Assembly (NCBI GenBank): GCA_017469275.1
Contig: JAFUGT010000014.1
Span: forward strand, 2,079-66,078
Length of the DNA stretch: 64,000 bases
Direction of reading: 5' to 3'
From: Lachnospiraceae bacterium
GTDB taxonomy: Bacteria > Bacillota > Clostridia > Lachnospirales > Lachnospiraceae
The notes under the pieces are model-generated. The model was given only the letters and a program-made list of their open reading frames with translations, was not told where the DNA came from and searched no databases. The position numbers were made by a program, and so were the translations under genes. Positions 47,002 through 56,718 of this stretch are shown here, piece by piece. Within the stretch, counting starts at the first letter, position 1; each line of letters begins with the position of its first letter.

Positions 47002-48816
47002 CTACTCATCATCTAACTTCAACACACTCATAAATGCCTTCTGCGGCACTTCCACATTTCCTATCTGGCGCATACGCTTCTTACCTTCCTTCTGTTTCTC
47101 AAGAAGTTTCTTCTTACGTGTGATGTCACCTCCGTAACATTTAGCAAGCACGTCCTTCTTATACGCTTTGACTGTTTCACGCGCTATAATCTTACTTCCG
47201 ATTGCCGCCTGAATAGGTATCTCAAAGAGATGTCTCGGTATCTCGGTCTTTAATTTCTCGCACATTTTCCTTCCACGCTCATAAGCCGTATCCGCATGCA
47301 CAATAAATGACAAGGCGTCCACCTCTTCTTTATTGATAAGAATATCCAGTTTGACAAGATTAGACCGCACATATCCATTTAATTCATAATCAAAGGACGC
47401 GTAACCTCTCGAACGAGATTTAAGTGCATCAAAGAAATCATAAATGATCTCGTTAAGAGGAAGATCATATTTCAATAACGCTCTGGTCTCCTCCATGTAT
47501 TCCATGCTCTTATACACGCCTCTCCGCTCCTGACAAAGCTGCATGATTGGTCCCACATAGTCCTTTGTCACCATTATCTCCGCTGCAACAAATGGCTCCT
47601 CCATATAATCTATCTGTGAAGGATCCGGCATATTAGACGGATTGGTAAGTTCTATCATCGTACCATCTGTCTTGTGAATGCGATATACAACACCCGGAGC
47701 AGTGGTCACGAGATCAAGGTTGTATTCTCTCTCAAGTCTCTCCTGAATTATTTCAAGATGAAGAAGTCCGAGAAAACCACATCTGAAGCCAAAGCCTAAT
47801 GCAATTGATGTCTCCGGTTCATAGGACAATGCCGCATCATTTAACTGCAACTTCTCTAAAGCATCTCTGAGATCCGGATATTTTGCACCATCTGCCGGAT
47901 ACATTCCACAATACACCATGGGATTAGCCTTCTTATATCCAGGAAGCGCTTCCGCACAGGGATTGTCCGCATCAGTTACAGTATCCCCCACCCGGGTCTC
48001 CTTAACATCTTTTAGACTTGCGGTAATATAACCAACCATTCCGGCTGAAAGCTCATCTTGAGGAATGAACTGTCCTGCACCGAATATACCAACTTCAACG
48101 ACCTCAACCTCGGCACCTGTCGCCATCATTCTTATTATACTGCCCTTTTTGACAGAACCGTCAAAGAGTCTGCAGAAAATGATAACGCCCTTATACGCAT
48201 CATACTTACTGTCAAATATAAGTGCCTTCAAAGGACCATCGACATCACCCGAAGGTGCAGGTATCTTGGTAACGATCTGCTCTAACACTTCATCAATATT
48301 AATTCCTGTCTTAGCGGAAATTCTCGGTGCATCCTGTGCCTCAATACCTATAACATCTTCAATTTCGTTGACAACCCTGTCAGGTTCCGCACTTGGCAGA
48401 TCTATCTTATTGATAACCGGCATAACATCTAAGTCATTGTCTATGGCAAGATACACATTAGCAAGAGTCTGCGCTTCAATACCCTGAGCAGCATCCACCA
48501 CAAGTATAGCGCCCTCACAGGCCGCCAGACTTCTTGACACCTCATAGTTGAAATCCACGTGTCCCGGAGTATCAATAAGATTAAATATATACTCTTCTCC
48601 ATCTTTCGCCTTATACACAATTCTTACAGCCTGTGCCTTGATAGTAATTCCACGTTCCCTTTCGAGCTCCATGTTATCAAGCACCTGCGCCTGCATCTCC
48701 CTGTCTGTCAAAAGTCCAGTCTTCTCAATAATCCTATCCGCCAACGTAGACTTTCCATGATCTATATGTGCTATTATACAAAAATTCCTGATTCTGCTTT
48801 GATCTATATGTGCCAT
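47002..48816 (-). CDS. lepA: Translation elongation factor 4 (LepA)
   Basis: [28 protein letters not shown] and a LepA-specific C-terminal domain. 604 aa. Confidence 0.97.
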   Translation of the reverse strand: MAHIDQSRIRNFCIIAHIDHGKSTLADRIIEKTGLLTDREMQAQVLDNMELERERGITIKAQAVRIVYKAKDGEEYIFNLIDTPGHVDFNYEVSRSLAACEGAILVVDAAQGIEAQTLANVYLAIDNDLDVMPVINKIDLPSAEPDRVVNEIEDVIGIEAQDAPRISAKTGINIDEVLEQIVTKIPAPSGDVDGPLKALIFDSKYDAYKGVIIFCRLFDGSVKKGSIIRMMATGAEVEVVEVGIFGAGQFIPQDELSAGMVGYITASLKDVKETRVGDTVTDADNPCAEALPGYKKANPMVYCGMYPADGAKYPDLRDALEKLQLNDAALSYEPETSIALGFGFRCGFLGLLHLEIIQERLEREYNLDLVTTAPGVVYRIHKTDGTMIELTNPSNMPDPSQIDYMEEPFVAAEIMVTKDYVGPIMQLCQERRGVYKSMEYMEETRALLKYDLPLNEIIYDFFDALKSRSRGYASFDYELNGYVRSNLVKLDILINKEEVDALSFIVHADTAYERGRKMCEKLKTEIPRHLFEIPIQAAIGSKIIARETVKAYKKDVLAKCYGGDITRKKKLLEKQKEGKKRMRQIGNVEVPQKAFMSVLKLDDE

Positions 48817-48993
48817 ATATAATTATCTCCTGTTATCTAATATATAAATTAAGTTTACCTTAGTAAGCAGCGTTCGAAACTCTTATAGGTTATTGACGCT
48901 TAACGCTTTGGCTTTTAAGTGTGTGTCAGTGTGGTATACTGTACTGAGAGTTTCGAATCTATGTCTCCATGTTATCATTCGCAAAATATTCAA

Positions 48994-49015
48994 ATTTGCA
49001 CACAAGTGTGCAAAT
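48994..49015 (-). terminator. Palindrome downstream of spoIIP (terminator hairpin or operator)
   Basis: tttgcacac (48995-49003) aa gtgtgcaaa (49006-49014), 26 nt after the spoIIP stop. On the minus strand it is followed by a moderately T-rich ttgaatatttt. Confidence 0.4.
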
Positions 49016-49040
49016 CGACCATTTTGCTCATTGTATCACA

Positions 49041-50330
49041 TCAATGTGAATTCCTCAACACTTTATCAAGCATTGCCGCTAATGGCTCCATTGCATTCTT
49101 CTCTTCTTCCAACGTATTATTCTGTGCTCCAGCCTCGATTAAGGTTGCTCTCGGCATGACATGGAGATTGTATCTAAGACTCCTGACATATATCTTTCTC
49201 ACAAAGTCCCCATATGCTTCCTTCCCCGCAAGATAGAGCTGAAAACTGAAAGCAAGATTAGAAAGTTTATTGGGATTTTCAAGATAATCAATTTCACCGT
49301 TAAGGTTAGAGCGACTTACACCATTTAAGAACATGATTTTTGCCGTCGGCTTGCCATTTACTTCCGTGACCAGATGCGTCTCTTCATCCACACCATCCCT
49401 GTGAAGATCAATGACAACTTCTATGGTGGGATTTTCCGCCAATATCTTGCTTATCCCGCTAAATGAATTCTCATAGGCTTTACTTCTGTCCAGTACCCCG
49501 TCAATCACATCCTATGTAGTTTCGTCATGATATGTAGGAATCGCATATTCTTCATTCAGGAGCTTTGCAAGGTAGGCACCCACTCCCACCACCGTATCTT
49601 CCTTAACGCCTGCTCTGCTGTCTGCAAAACTTTCAGAGGAATGAGTATGATAAATGAGTACCTTGTATGGCGCTTTTGATTCTGTCATAATATTATCGGC
49701 CTGGATTGTTTTGTCAGTCTGGATTGTTTCACTTTCTGACACCTTTCTATCTGTCTTTGGTTTATCAGGCAGATCGTGAAGTGACATATCCGCATCTAAA
49801 AGATTGGAGATATCAAGTTCAGCAGCACTCATACTTGTATTGCTGTCTACCACAAATATTTTACTCGTCAAGAAGTCAGGTTTTGAAAGCTGTTTCCTTG
49901 TAAAGGTTGTTCCCTTGGATTCATTTTTTATCAATGCCTTATTATTAACCTGTCCATCCCCATCAAGCTTATCAGCATCGTTACCCGATATATTCCCCAA
50001 CGTATCTTCAACACCATTTTTACTCTGTTCATTTCCACTTTCCACACCGTTATTATCCATTACAGCCATATCAGCCCCTGCCGCGCTACTGCTCTCATCC
50101 TCATAAAACCAATCCGGCACCTCGTAAGAAGCCAGATAATCCTTATCAGCACTTCCGAACTCAGTCTCATAGGTAAGGGCAGGAAGAAAATAACTTGTCA
50201 AAATATAAAATATATCATCGGGTTTTCTGTTAATAAAACACACTATCCAGAGAAGTATCAGAAGAAAGCCTATCAGTCTTTTCTTTTTATTTAATTGTCC
50301 TTTTTTTGAAGATATATGGTTTGATCTCAT
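49041..50330 (-). pseudogene. spoIIP: Stage II sporulation protein P (SpoIIP) interrupted by an in-frame TAG
   Basis: The two track ORFs (49512..50330 and 49041..49508) are in the same frame. The minus strand reads ...EYAIPTYHDETT*DVIDGVLDRSKAY.... SpoIIP motifs VLIYHTHSSESF and VIDLHRDG lie on opposite sides of the stop at 49514-49512. Confidence 0.8.
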
Positions 50331-50392
50331 ATATCCATTGTATTCAATAATATAAAGCTATATTCTTGTATATACACATATTAATCACTTCG

Positions 50393-51298
50393 TCAAGCTA
50401 ACGCCGCCTCATTTATGGCCTCGGAGATTGTGTAGCTTATCCTTTTGACCGCTTCATCAATATCCTTTGGGGTAACAAACATATTTTCCAGATAAGGCGT
50501 CACCATCTCACACGCCAACTGATATCTCTCGTCTTCATTAAATTTCTTCAGCACATTCTTAGGTCCGTTTTTGCCAAAGGCATCCACCATCGCATCCATG
50601 GCATCATTTACGATTGTCGGAACAGATATGACCGTCGGCACACCTATGGCGAGAACCGGTATACCGATGTTCTCGGAATTAATAGCATTTCTGTGATTTC
50701 CAACTCCCGAGCCCGGACTGATTCCCGTATCTGCCAACTGTATGGTCTTATTGAGCCTGTCCGACTGTCTTGCCGCCAACGCATCTATCACTATTAAGAG
50801 TTCAGGTTTTATCTTATCCACTAACGCCTGCAAAATAGTAAGGGACTCCATTCCGGTCTGAGCCATCACCCCGGGGGCAATGGCACTCACCTCTATACTG
50901 TGAGATATTATTCCTTCCCGCAGAAGATGTCTTGTCACATACAGATTATCTATGACAAATGGTCCCAATGCATCCGGTGTGACCTCCCTGTTACCCAGTC
51001 CTGCCACCATTATTCTTCTCTTGTTACCTATAAACCGCTTAAGATTCTTTGACAACACTTCGGTCATTGGCTTGTGAAAACTGTCATCATGCTCCCTTAA
51101 ATGTTCACTCTCCAATGTAATATATGTTCCAACCGGCTTACCGAGATTCATCGCCCCCTCTTCATTTTCCACCACGATTCTGGTCTCTAAAATATCTGTG
51201 TCACCGTTATTTTTCGTAGAAACATGCACTCCCTTTATAGGCTCATCTGTCTCTATATCTTCTTTCATCTCCAGTGCCAAGTCAGTCCTTACCCGCAT
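50393..51298 (-). CDS. gpr: Germination protease GPR
   Basis: MRVRTDLALE N-terminus, about 300 aa, and the conserved position between rpsT and spoIIP. Confidence 0.9.
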   Translation of the reverse strand: MRVRTDLALEMKEDIETDEPIKGVHVSTKNNGDTDILETRIVVENEEGAMNLGKPVGTYITLESEHLREHDDSFHKPMTEVLSKNLKRFIGNKRRIMVAGLGNREVTPDALGPFVIDNLYVTRHLLREGIISHSIEVSAIAPGVMAQTGMESLTILQALVDKIKPELLIVIDALAARQSDRLNKTIQLADTGISPGSGVGNHRNAINSENIGIPVLAIGVPTVISVPTIVNDAMDAMVDAFGKNGPKNVLKKFNEDERYQLACEMVTPYLENMFVTPKDIDEAVKRISYTISEAINEAALA

Positions 51299-51458
51299 AT
51301 TTTTTACCCACCTTTTCAGATTTCACATTGCCTTCCGGCTTCGTGAGGTTCTTTGCAAAATACCCGATTTTATATACAAGTAAGCAAATCGGTTGCTTTG
51401 CACATTATATACATATATAAAGTATATCCTGATAATCCAATTTAATACAAAAAAACAT

Positions 51459-51487
51459 TTGACAAACAACATGTGTTTATGTATTAT
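51459..51487 (+). promoter_or_regulatory. Sigma-A promoter of rpsT
   Basis: TTGACA (51459-51464), a 17-nt spacer, then TATTAT (51482-51487). Confidence 0.55.
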
Positions 51488-51573
51488 ATATGAGTATGTT
51501 TACATTAGATTGTCCGTGTCCGGTTTTAATGTAAAACCATAACACAATTATTTCAGGAATGGAGGTGTTTTCA

Positions 51574-51837
51574 TTGGCTAACATTAAATCAGCAAAGAAA
51601 AGAATCAAAGTTATCGAGACCAAGACTTTAAGAAATAAGATGATCAAATCTAAGCTTAAAACTCTTATCAAGAAGTTAGAGGCTGCTGTTGAAGCAGGTG
51701 ATAAGAAGGAAGCTGCTGAGCAGTTGAAGGTTTGTACTTCTGAACTTAGCAAGGCTGCTGCTAAGGGAATTCTTCATAAGAATACTGCTTCAAGAAAGAT
51801 TTCACGTTTATCAGCTATGGTAAACAAGATGGCATAA
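51574..51837 (+). CDS. rpsT: 30S ribosomal protein S20
   Basis: (M)[12 protein letters not shown]... is the conserved S20 N-terminus. TTG start at 51574 lies 6 nt after GGAGGTG. The track ATG at 51559 overlaps the RBS. Confidence 0.92.
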   Translation: MANIKSAKKRIKVIETKTLRNKMIKSKLKTLIKKLEAAVEAGDKKEAAEQLKVCTSELSKAAAKGILHKNTASRKISRLSAMVNKMA

Positions 51838-51872
51838 TTATTATCTTGAGTTTAATAATAACCATATATACG

Positions 51873-51902
51873 AAAAGGACTGCTAACCCACAGTCCTTTT
51901 TA
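51873..51902 (+). terminator. Rho-independent terminator, probably bidirectional (rpsT and holA)
   Basis: aaaaggactg (51873-51882) / cagtcctttt (51891-51900) with an 8-nt loop. The A-tract and T-tract flanks allow function on both strands. Confidence 0.7.
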
Positions 51903-51999
51903 TCATTTGTATAGATCTATGTTCTTCCGAAGCAACTGTTTCTATAATATCTTTCCATTGTTCCTTGTTCTCTTTATCCAAACTATTTCAATACACATT

Positions 52000-52983
52000 T
52001 CATCCGGCTGAAGAGAACTCAACTATCAGCAGTTCCACTCCAACAATATCTTTGACAAGACCGGTTTTGATGTTCGCTTCTGTCTCAAGACATTTCTCCA
52101 ACATGTGTATAAATGATTCCTTCCCGTTATGTCTTATCTGTGACTTATAACGGTTAATTGTCCATTTGGGAATTCCCGCTGCCGATGCAATCTCATCAGA
52201 ACTTTTACCGGATTTGATAAGTTCAGATACCTCTAACATCTTTCGTACATTTCTTGATAACTGGGAAAGTATAAATAAGGGCTCCTGCTTTAACTCCAAA
52301 AGATTCCTATATAACAACAGTGCCTCCTTCTGGTTCCGGTTACCTATGGCATCGATCATGGCATATAAAGTATCATCTGCCTCATTTACACAAATGGCGC
52401 GCACATCATCCACAGTGATCTCACCACGTTCACCTACATAGGCAAACAATTTTTCAAGCTCGTTTTTTATGAGGAGCATGTCAAGCCCCACAGCGCCGAT
52501 AAAATACTCAACAGCATTCTCATAAATCTGCTTGTTCTCATCCTTGCACAACTTGGCTATCCACTTTCTGAGTTCACCCTCCGTAGGCGGTTTCATCTCA
52601 GTCTTATAGCCGTTCTTCTTGAACCAGTTGTTAAGACGATTTCTTCCATCCACCTCAGCTTCTACAAATATAACGTGAGTAGAATCTGGAAAATTCTCAA
52701 GTCTTTTTTCAAAGCCCTCCGGAGTCTTTTTAAAAAGCCCGCTGTTCTCCACAACAATAACTCTATTATCCGCAAAGAAGGGAAGCGTGTCACCAATATC
52801 AAGCATTTCACTGACATTAATCTTTTTCCCTTCAAAATAGGAATAATTCATATTATCCTCTGCGTCTACAAGTGCTTTTATAAGTTTATCCCTGTATTGA
52901 TGCTTGAGATAGTCCTCCGATCCGTAAAGCAGATAAAACCTCTCAAAATTATTCTCTTTGATATCCTGCATTATTTTTTTCAT
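52000..52983 (-). CDS. holA: DNA polymerase III delta subunit
   Basis: Delta-subunit pattern (YLLYGSEDYL...). The position matches B. subtilis yqeN/holA. The start is refined to ATG at 52983, after AAGAGG. Confidence 0.85.
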   Translation of the reverse strand: MKKIMQDIKENNFERFYLLYGSEDYLKHQYRDKLIKALVDAEDNMNYSYFEGKKINVSEMLDIGDTLPFFADNRVIVVENSGLFKKTPEGFEKRLENFPDSTHVIFVEAEVDGRNRLNNWFKKNGYKTEMKPPTEGELRKWIAKLCKDENKQIYENAVEYFIGAVGLDMLLIKNELEKLFAYVGERGEITVDDVRAICVNEADDTLYAMIDAIGNRNQKEALLLYRNLLELKQEPLFILSQLSRNVRKMLEVSELIKSGKSSDEIASAAGIPKWTINRYKSQIRHNGKESFIHMLEKCLETEANIKTGLVKDIVGVELLIVEFSSAG

Positions 52984-53190
52984 TTCGCTAAACCTCTTGC
53001 ACAATCATGATTATCTCATGTCGCCTGTCGGCTCCATGTGTTCATCTACGTTCCACTCCGGACCGCACAGAACCAATGTCCACAGGACATTGTGCGCCAC
53101 CGCTTCTATTATCATTCTTCACTTCACATATATTACACCATCAAACATAATCCGTCATTCCGCTTATATTACATCAGCAAATATCATCCA

Positions 53191-55608
53191 TTACTTCATA
53201 TACGTCGTAACCTCATATCTCTTGCCATCTGTCCTTATGGCAACCGCTCCGGAATCCTTCGTCATATATATCCTTCCACAGTACTCTTTTAACCTGTCAA
53301 CAACCTCTTCCGCAGGATGTCCGTATCTGTTATGCTCTCCAACAGAAATGACCGAGACATCAAATCCTATATTTCTCAAAAACCCCTTACAAGATGATGT
53401 GGCAGAACCATGATGAGCCACCTTCAGGACCTCCATACTATTCCCCTGCCTTATACTGCCCATAAATGATTCATTAGAAAGCAGTTTTTGCTCAACAACA
53501 TCATCTATATCTCCGGTAAACAACGCATCAAAAAGTCCATACTGCATCCAGAGCACAATACTGTTCTCATTTTTATCTGCGGTTAAATTATTACCCGGAT
53601 TAAGACAATGAAATATCACATCACCAATTATCATCCTATCACCGGACTTCAAAAAATACAACCGGCATCCTTTGTCCTTTGCAGCATTAACCAAATCAAG
53701 ATACGCCTCATCCGGCTCATCAATACCGGGCAGTACAAAGTTATTGACCACCACTTCATCATCGGTCAACATCTCCAAAAGCCCCGAATAATGATCGGAA
53801 TCGCTGTGGGTAACGATCATATAATCTATCATCCCACTACCATAGTACTTCACACCGTTTTTGATTATGTAAGTTCCAACTTTTTTCTTACTGCTGCTGC
53901 CACCATCAATCAAAACGCTCTCCTTAGAAGGAGTGCGTATGTATATTCCATCTCCCTGACCCACATCAAAGAAATTGATGACCAGACGTTTATCGCATAC
54001 CGGTATCACCAGCACAATAATGAAAATAACAAATGATACCCTTGACACAAACCGGTTATGTTTCCATAAGCCTATTAACAAAGATGCGAGTATAATATAA
54101 TAAAACCATATCCACCAACTTTCCGGTCTCCCGAAATTAATCGTATGAAAAGGCATTCCGTCAGTTAGTTTACATAACATCTCATATATATCAAATATCC
54201 TGCAGGCAATAAATGAACAGATTCCTGTACCCGGTATACCAAAAAGCCCTGATATACTTAACAGCACAAGCATTGCTAACAACACACCCATTAACGGAAC
54301 CACAACAATATTGATCATCAGACCATACACAGGCACTTCGTAGAAATAATAGAAAAGTACCGGTAAGATGACAAGTTGAACACTAATACTAATTAAAAGA
54401 CCATCCCACACTTTGCGGCACAAAAAAGCCGCCCAACTCCTTCCCCTAACCTTAATGCCCGGTTCTTTATTATCCTGTTCCTTCTTCCCCGCTGCCAGCC
54501 TGCCAAAACCAAGCACCCGGATTTCCGATAATTTACTTAAAAAATCCACATCCTCAAAACATCTTTCCAATATTGGATTAATTACGGATATTCCAATAAC
54601 CGCTCCAAAAGAAAGCAGAAAACCAACCTGACAATATGCTTCCGGTGTCCAAATGAGCATCAAAAAAAGCGCTATCATGACTGATGTTATTGCGTCATAT
54701 TTTCTCCCCAGCACTTCCGAAACAATTAGCAGGATAAGCATTATCATAGCTCGGACTGTTGCACCGGAAAGACCTGTCAACAAACCGTATAACACAATAA
54801 ATGTTATACTAACAAACGCTGCAACAGTGAAACTTCCCGTCACTTTCCTGATGATACGATAGAAAGTTCCACCAAACATGGCGATATGTAATCCGGAAAT
54901 AGCAATAATATGCGCTATACCACTTCTTTGGTATAATGCCTTGATGTCCTTATCTATATCCGATTTATCTCCTAACACCATCGCCTTGGCAAGAGAACTC
55001 TTATCTTCGGGAAGCCATTTATCAAACAGATCGCAAAGATAAAAATTAATCTTTTCTAAATAATTCAAAAATGAATATGCAGTTTTCTCAGTGCATATTA
55101 TGTCAACCTTACTCAGGCGCATCAAATTGCCGTTTGCAGTCTCATATCTGTTCTCATCAAACTGACCATAATTAGTAGCTGTCATAAAGGGTTCAAATAC
55201 TCCCTCTCCATCGACTCTACACCCTATATTAATATCATTATCAGATTCTACAATAATATACGTATGTATCCGACTAGCATTTATCCTAACTGTCCTTACC
55301 CGGTAGCTGCCTTCATGATTCTTATACCTGTTAACAACGATTCCCGAAAAAGAAACCTTATCCCCGGGCGAAAATGTACACGCTTCTTTTTTCTTATCGT
55401 TATATGCGCCACACACATTTCCTAAGAGAAAAAACAATATTCCGACTAATAATAGTACCTTATTGTTCCTAATATACTCAAACTTTGAAATATACAATAT
55501 TATGAATATTCCAAGACATATGATAAAACTCAATGCCCCGGTAGTCTTTCCTACTAACAGCTCTCCAAGCACAAACAAGACCACCCAATAAAGCATTGGT
55601 CGTTTCAA
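53191..55608 (-). CDS. comEC: DNA internalisation competence protein ComEC/Rec2
   Basis: Polytopic competence domain followed by a C-terminal metallo-beta-lactamase domain (MIVTHSDSDHYSG). 805 aa. Confidence 0.9.
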   Translation of the reverse strand: MKRPMLYWVVLFVLGELLVGKTTGALSFIICLGIFIILYISKFEYIRNNKVLLLVGILFFLLGNVCGAYNDKKKEACTFSPGDKVSFSGIVVNRYKNHEGSYRVRTVRINASRIHTYIIVESDNDINIGCRVDGEGVFEPFMTATNYGQFDENRYETANGNLMRLSKVDIICTEKTAYSFLNYLEKINFYLCDLFDKWLPEDKSSLAKAMVLGDKSDIDKDIKALYQRSGIAHIIAISGLHIAMFGGTFYRIIRKVTGSFTVAAFVSITFIVLYGLLTGLSGATVRAMIMLILLIVSEVLGRKYDAITSVMIALFLMLIWTPEAYCQVGFLLSFGAVIGISVINPILERCFEDVDFLSKLSEIRVLGFGRLAAGKKEQDNKEPGIKVRGRSWAAFLCRKVWDGLLISISVQLVILPVLFYYFYEVPVYGLMINIVVVPLMGVLLAMLVLLSISGLFGIPGTGICSFIACRIFDIYEMLCKLTDGMPFHTINFGRPESWWIWFYYIILASLLIGLWKHNRFVSRVSFVIFIIVLVIPVCDKRLVINFFDVGQGDGIYIRTPSKESVLIDGGSSSKKKVGTYIIKNGVKYYGSGMIDYMIVTHSDSDHYSGLLEMLTDDEVVVNNFVLPGIDEPDEAYLDLVNAAKDKGCRLYFLKSGDRMIIGDVIFHCLNPGNNLTADKNENSIVLWMQYGLFDALFTGDIDDVVEQKLLSNESFMGSIRQGNSMEVLKVAHHGSATSSCKGFLRNIGFDVSVISVGEHNRYGHPAEEVVDRLKEYCGRIYMTKDSGAVAIRTDGKRYEVTTYMK

Positions 55609-55614
55609 TTGTTA

Positions 55615-56577
55615 CTACATTCCCTCCTGTTCAACAATATCAAGATTTCTTTCAAGCAATCCGTCAATCGGCATAGTCTCCCTGTAAAATGGTATCTTCT
55701 CTCCGTCCTTTAAGAACTGAACCTTTGTAACTGTCGGAAGCTCTACCAACGAATTGACTATTGAGTAAACTATAATATCATTTTTTAACTCATTGTCAGT
55801 ATTGTAAAACTCATCACTTAAATCTATATAACAAATCCCATCCTTAACGGCTATACTCTTTATCGTTGTATCCGCACTGATAGTTGCCGTATAACCTTCA
55901 CGTTTCGGACCTTCAATCAGCGCTTCTATCACCATTCTTCCAAGAGACATGTTGTTAGTTATCTCTATAGACTTCCTGTAGGATTTCAAAGCAGTACCGG
56001 ATTCATTGGCAAAATAGAGCACAATGTTACCCTTTTGTTTGCTGCCGGAAGTATCACCAAATGACATTGTAAATGAATCCTCATCGAAGGTTTCACTGAC
56101 TGTAGCGGTTTCCGGATCCGTATTCGCCACATCCGTCATGTATATGGTAAGCTTATCAACACCTTCTAACTGAAGTAACGTCTTAGCCACACATCCCTTG
56201 AAAAACAATAAAGATTCCGCAGAGACATTATCATATACCACATTAAATGATATCTCTATTCGACCTCTCACATTCTCGACAGGATTCTCAACATATACGA
56301 AACTATCGGGTATGGGCGATTGACAATCCACAGTAGCTTCCATGCTGGATAGATGCTTGATCAAATCGTTAACATTCTGATTGAGATCATTACCTTTATC
56401 TAATGTGTACACCGACTGTACCATATCAGTTTTATTATTGTTTACATAATATATGTATATCTGGTTTTCCGACAGTTCTTCCGGGGCAGTATCCACTTCT
56501 TCTTTAGCACCACAACCCACAAGAACAATCAACAAAAACATGAATATAAAACTTACGATTTTCTTACTTTTTCCCAT
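55615..56577 (-). CDS. GerMN-domain lipoprotein (GerM-like)
   Basis: Lipobox LVGC, followed by two repeats resembling GerMN domains. The start is refined to ATG at 56577. Confidence 0.55.
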   Translation of the reverse strand: MGKSKKIVSFIFMFLLIVLVGCGAKEEVDTAPEELSENQIYIYYVNNNKTDMVQSVYTLDKGNDLNQNVNDLIKHLSSMEATVDCQSPIPDSFVYVENPVENVRGRIEISFNVVYDNVSAESLLFFKGCVAKTLLQLEGVDKLTIYMTDVANTDPETATVSETFDEDSFTMSFGDTSGSKQKGNIVLYFANESGTALKSYRKSIEITNNMSLGRMVIEALIEGPKREGYTATISADTTIKSIAVKDGICYIDLSDEFYNTDNELKNDIIVYSIVNSLVELPTVTKVQFLKDGEKIPFYRETMPIDGLLERNLDIVEQEGM

Positions 56578-56718
56578 GGCTATCCCTTCCGGCAATTCTA
56601 TATTTACATGTACATACTCTTTTCTTCAAAGCAATTCATGCGTTCTCATAAATCCGAATACTTCTACGCATTATCATTCCTACAAATCTACATTCTACAA
56701 AAAATCATTTTCCGGTCA

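Noticed and set aside
49512-49514. The TAG in spoIIP as a pyrrolysine or programmed read-through codon.
   Set aside because: No pyl genes or PYLIS-like context are visible in the window. The TGA in hicA is a different stop codon, so a single recoding mechanism cannot explain both. A simple nonsense mutation or a sequencing error is more parsimonious.
51477-51752. A 91-aa minus-strand ORF overlapping rpsT.
   Set aside because: It is antisense to the clearly conserved S20 gene and its promoter. The sequence is hydrophobic and low-complexity, so it is almost certainly spurious.
53074-53092. The hairpin caatgtcc-aca-ggacattg as the comEC terminator.
   Set aside because: It lies about 100 nt beyond the stop and has no following U-tract on the minus strand. 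It also falls inside a possible small ORF. Evidence is insufficient to call it a terminator.
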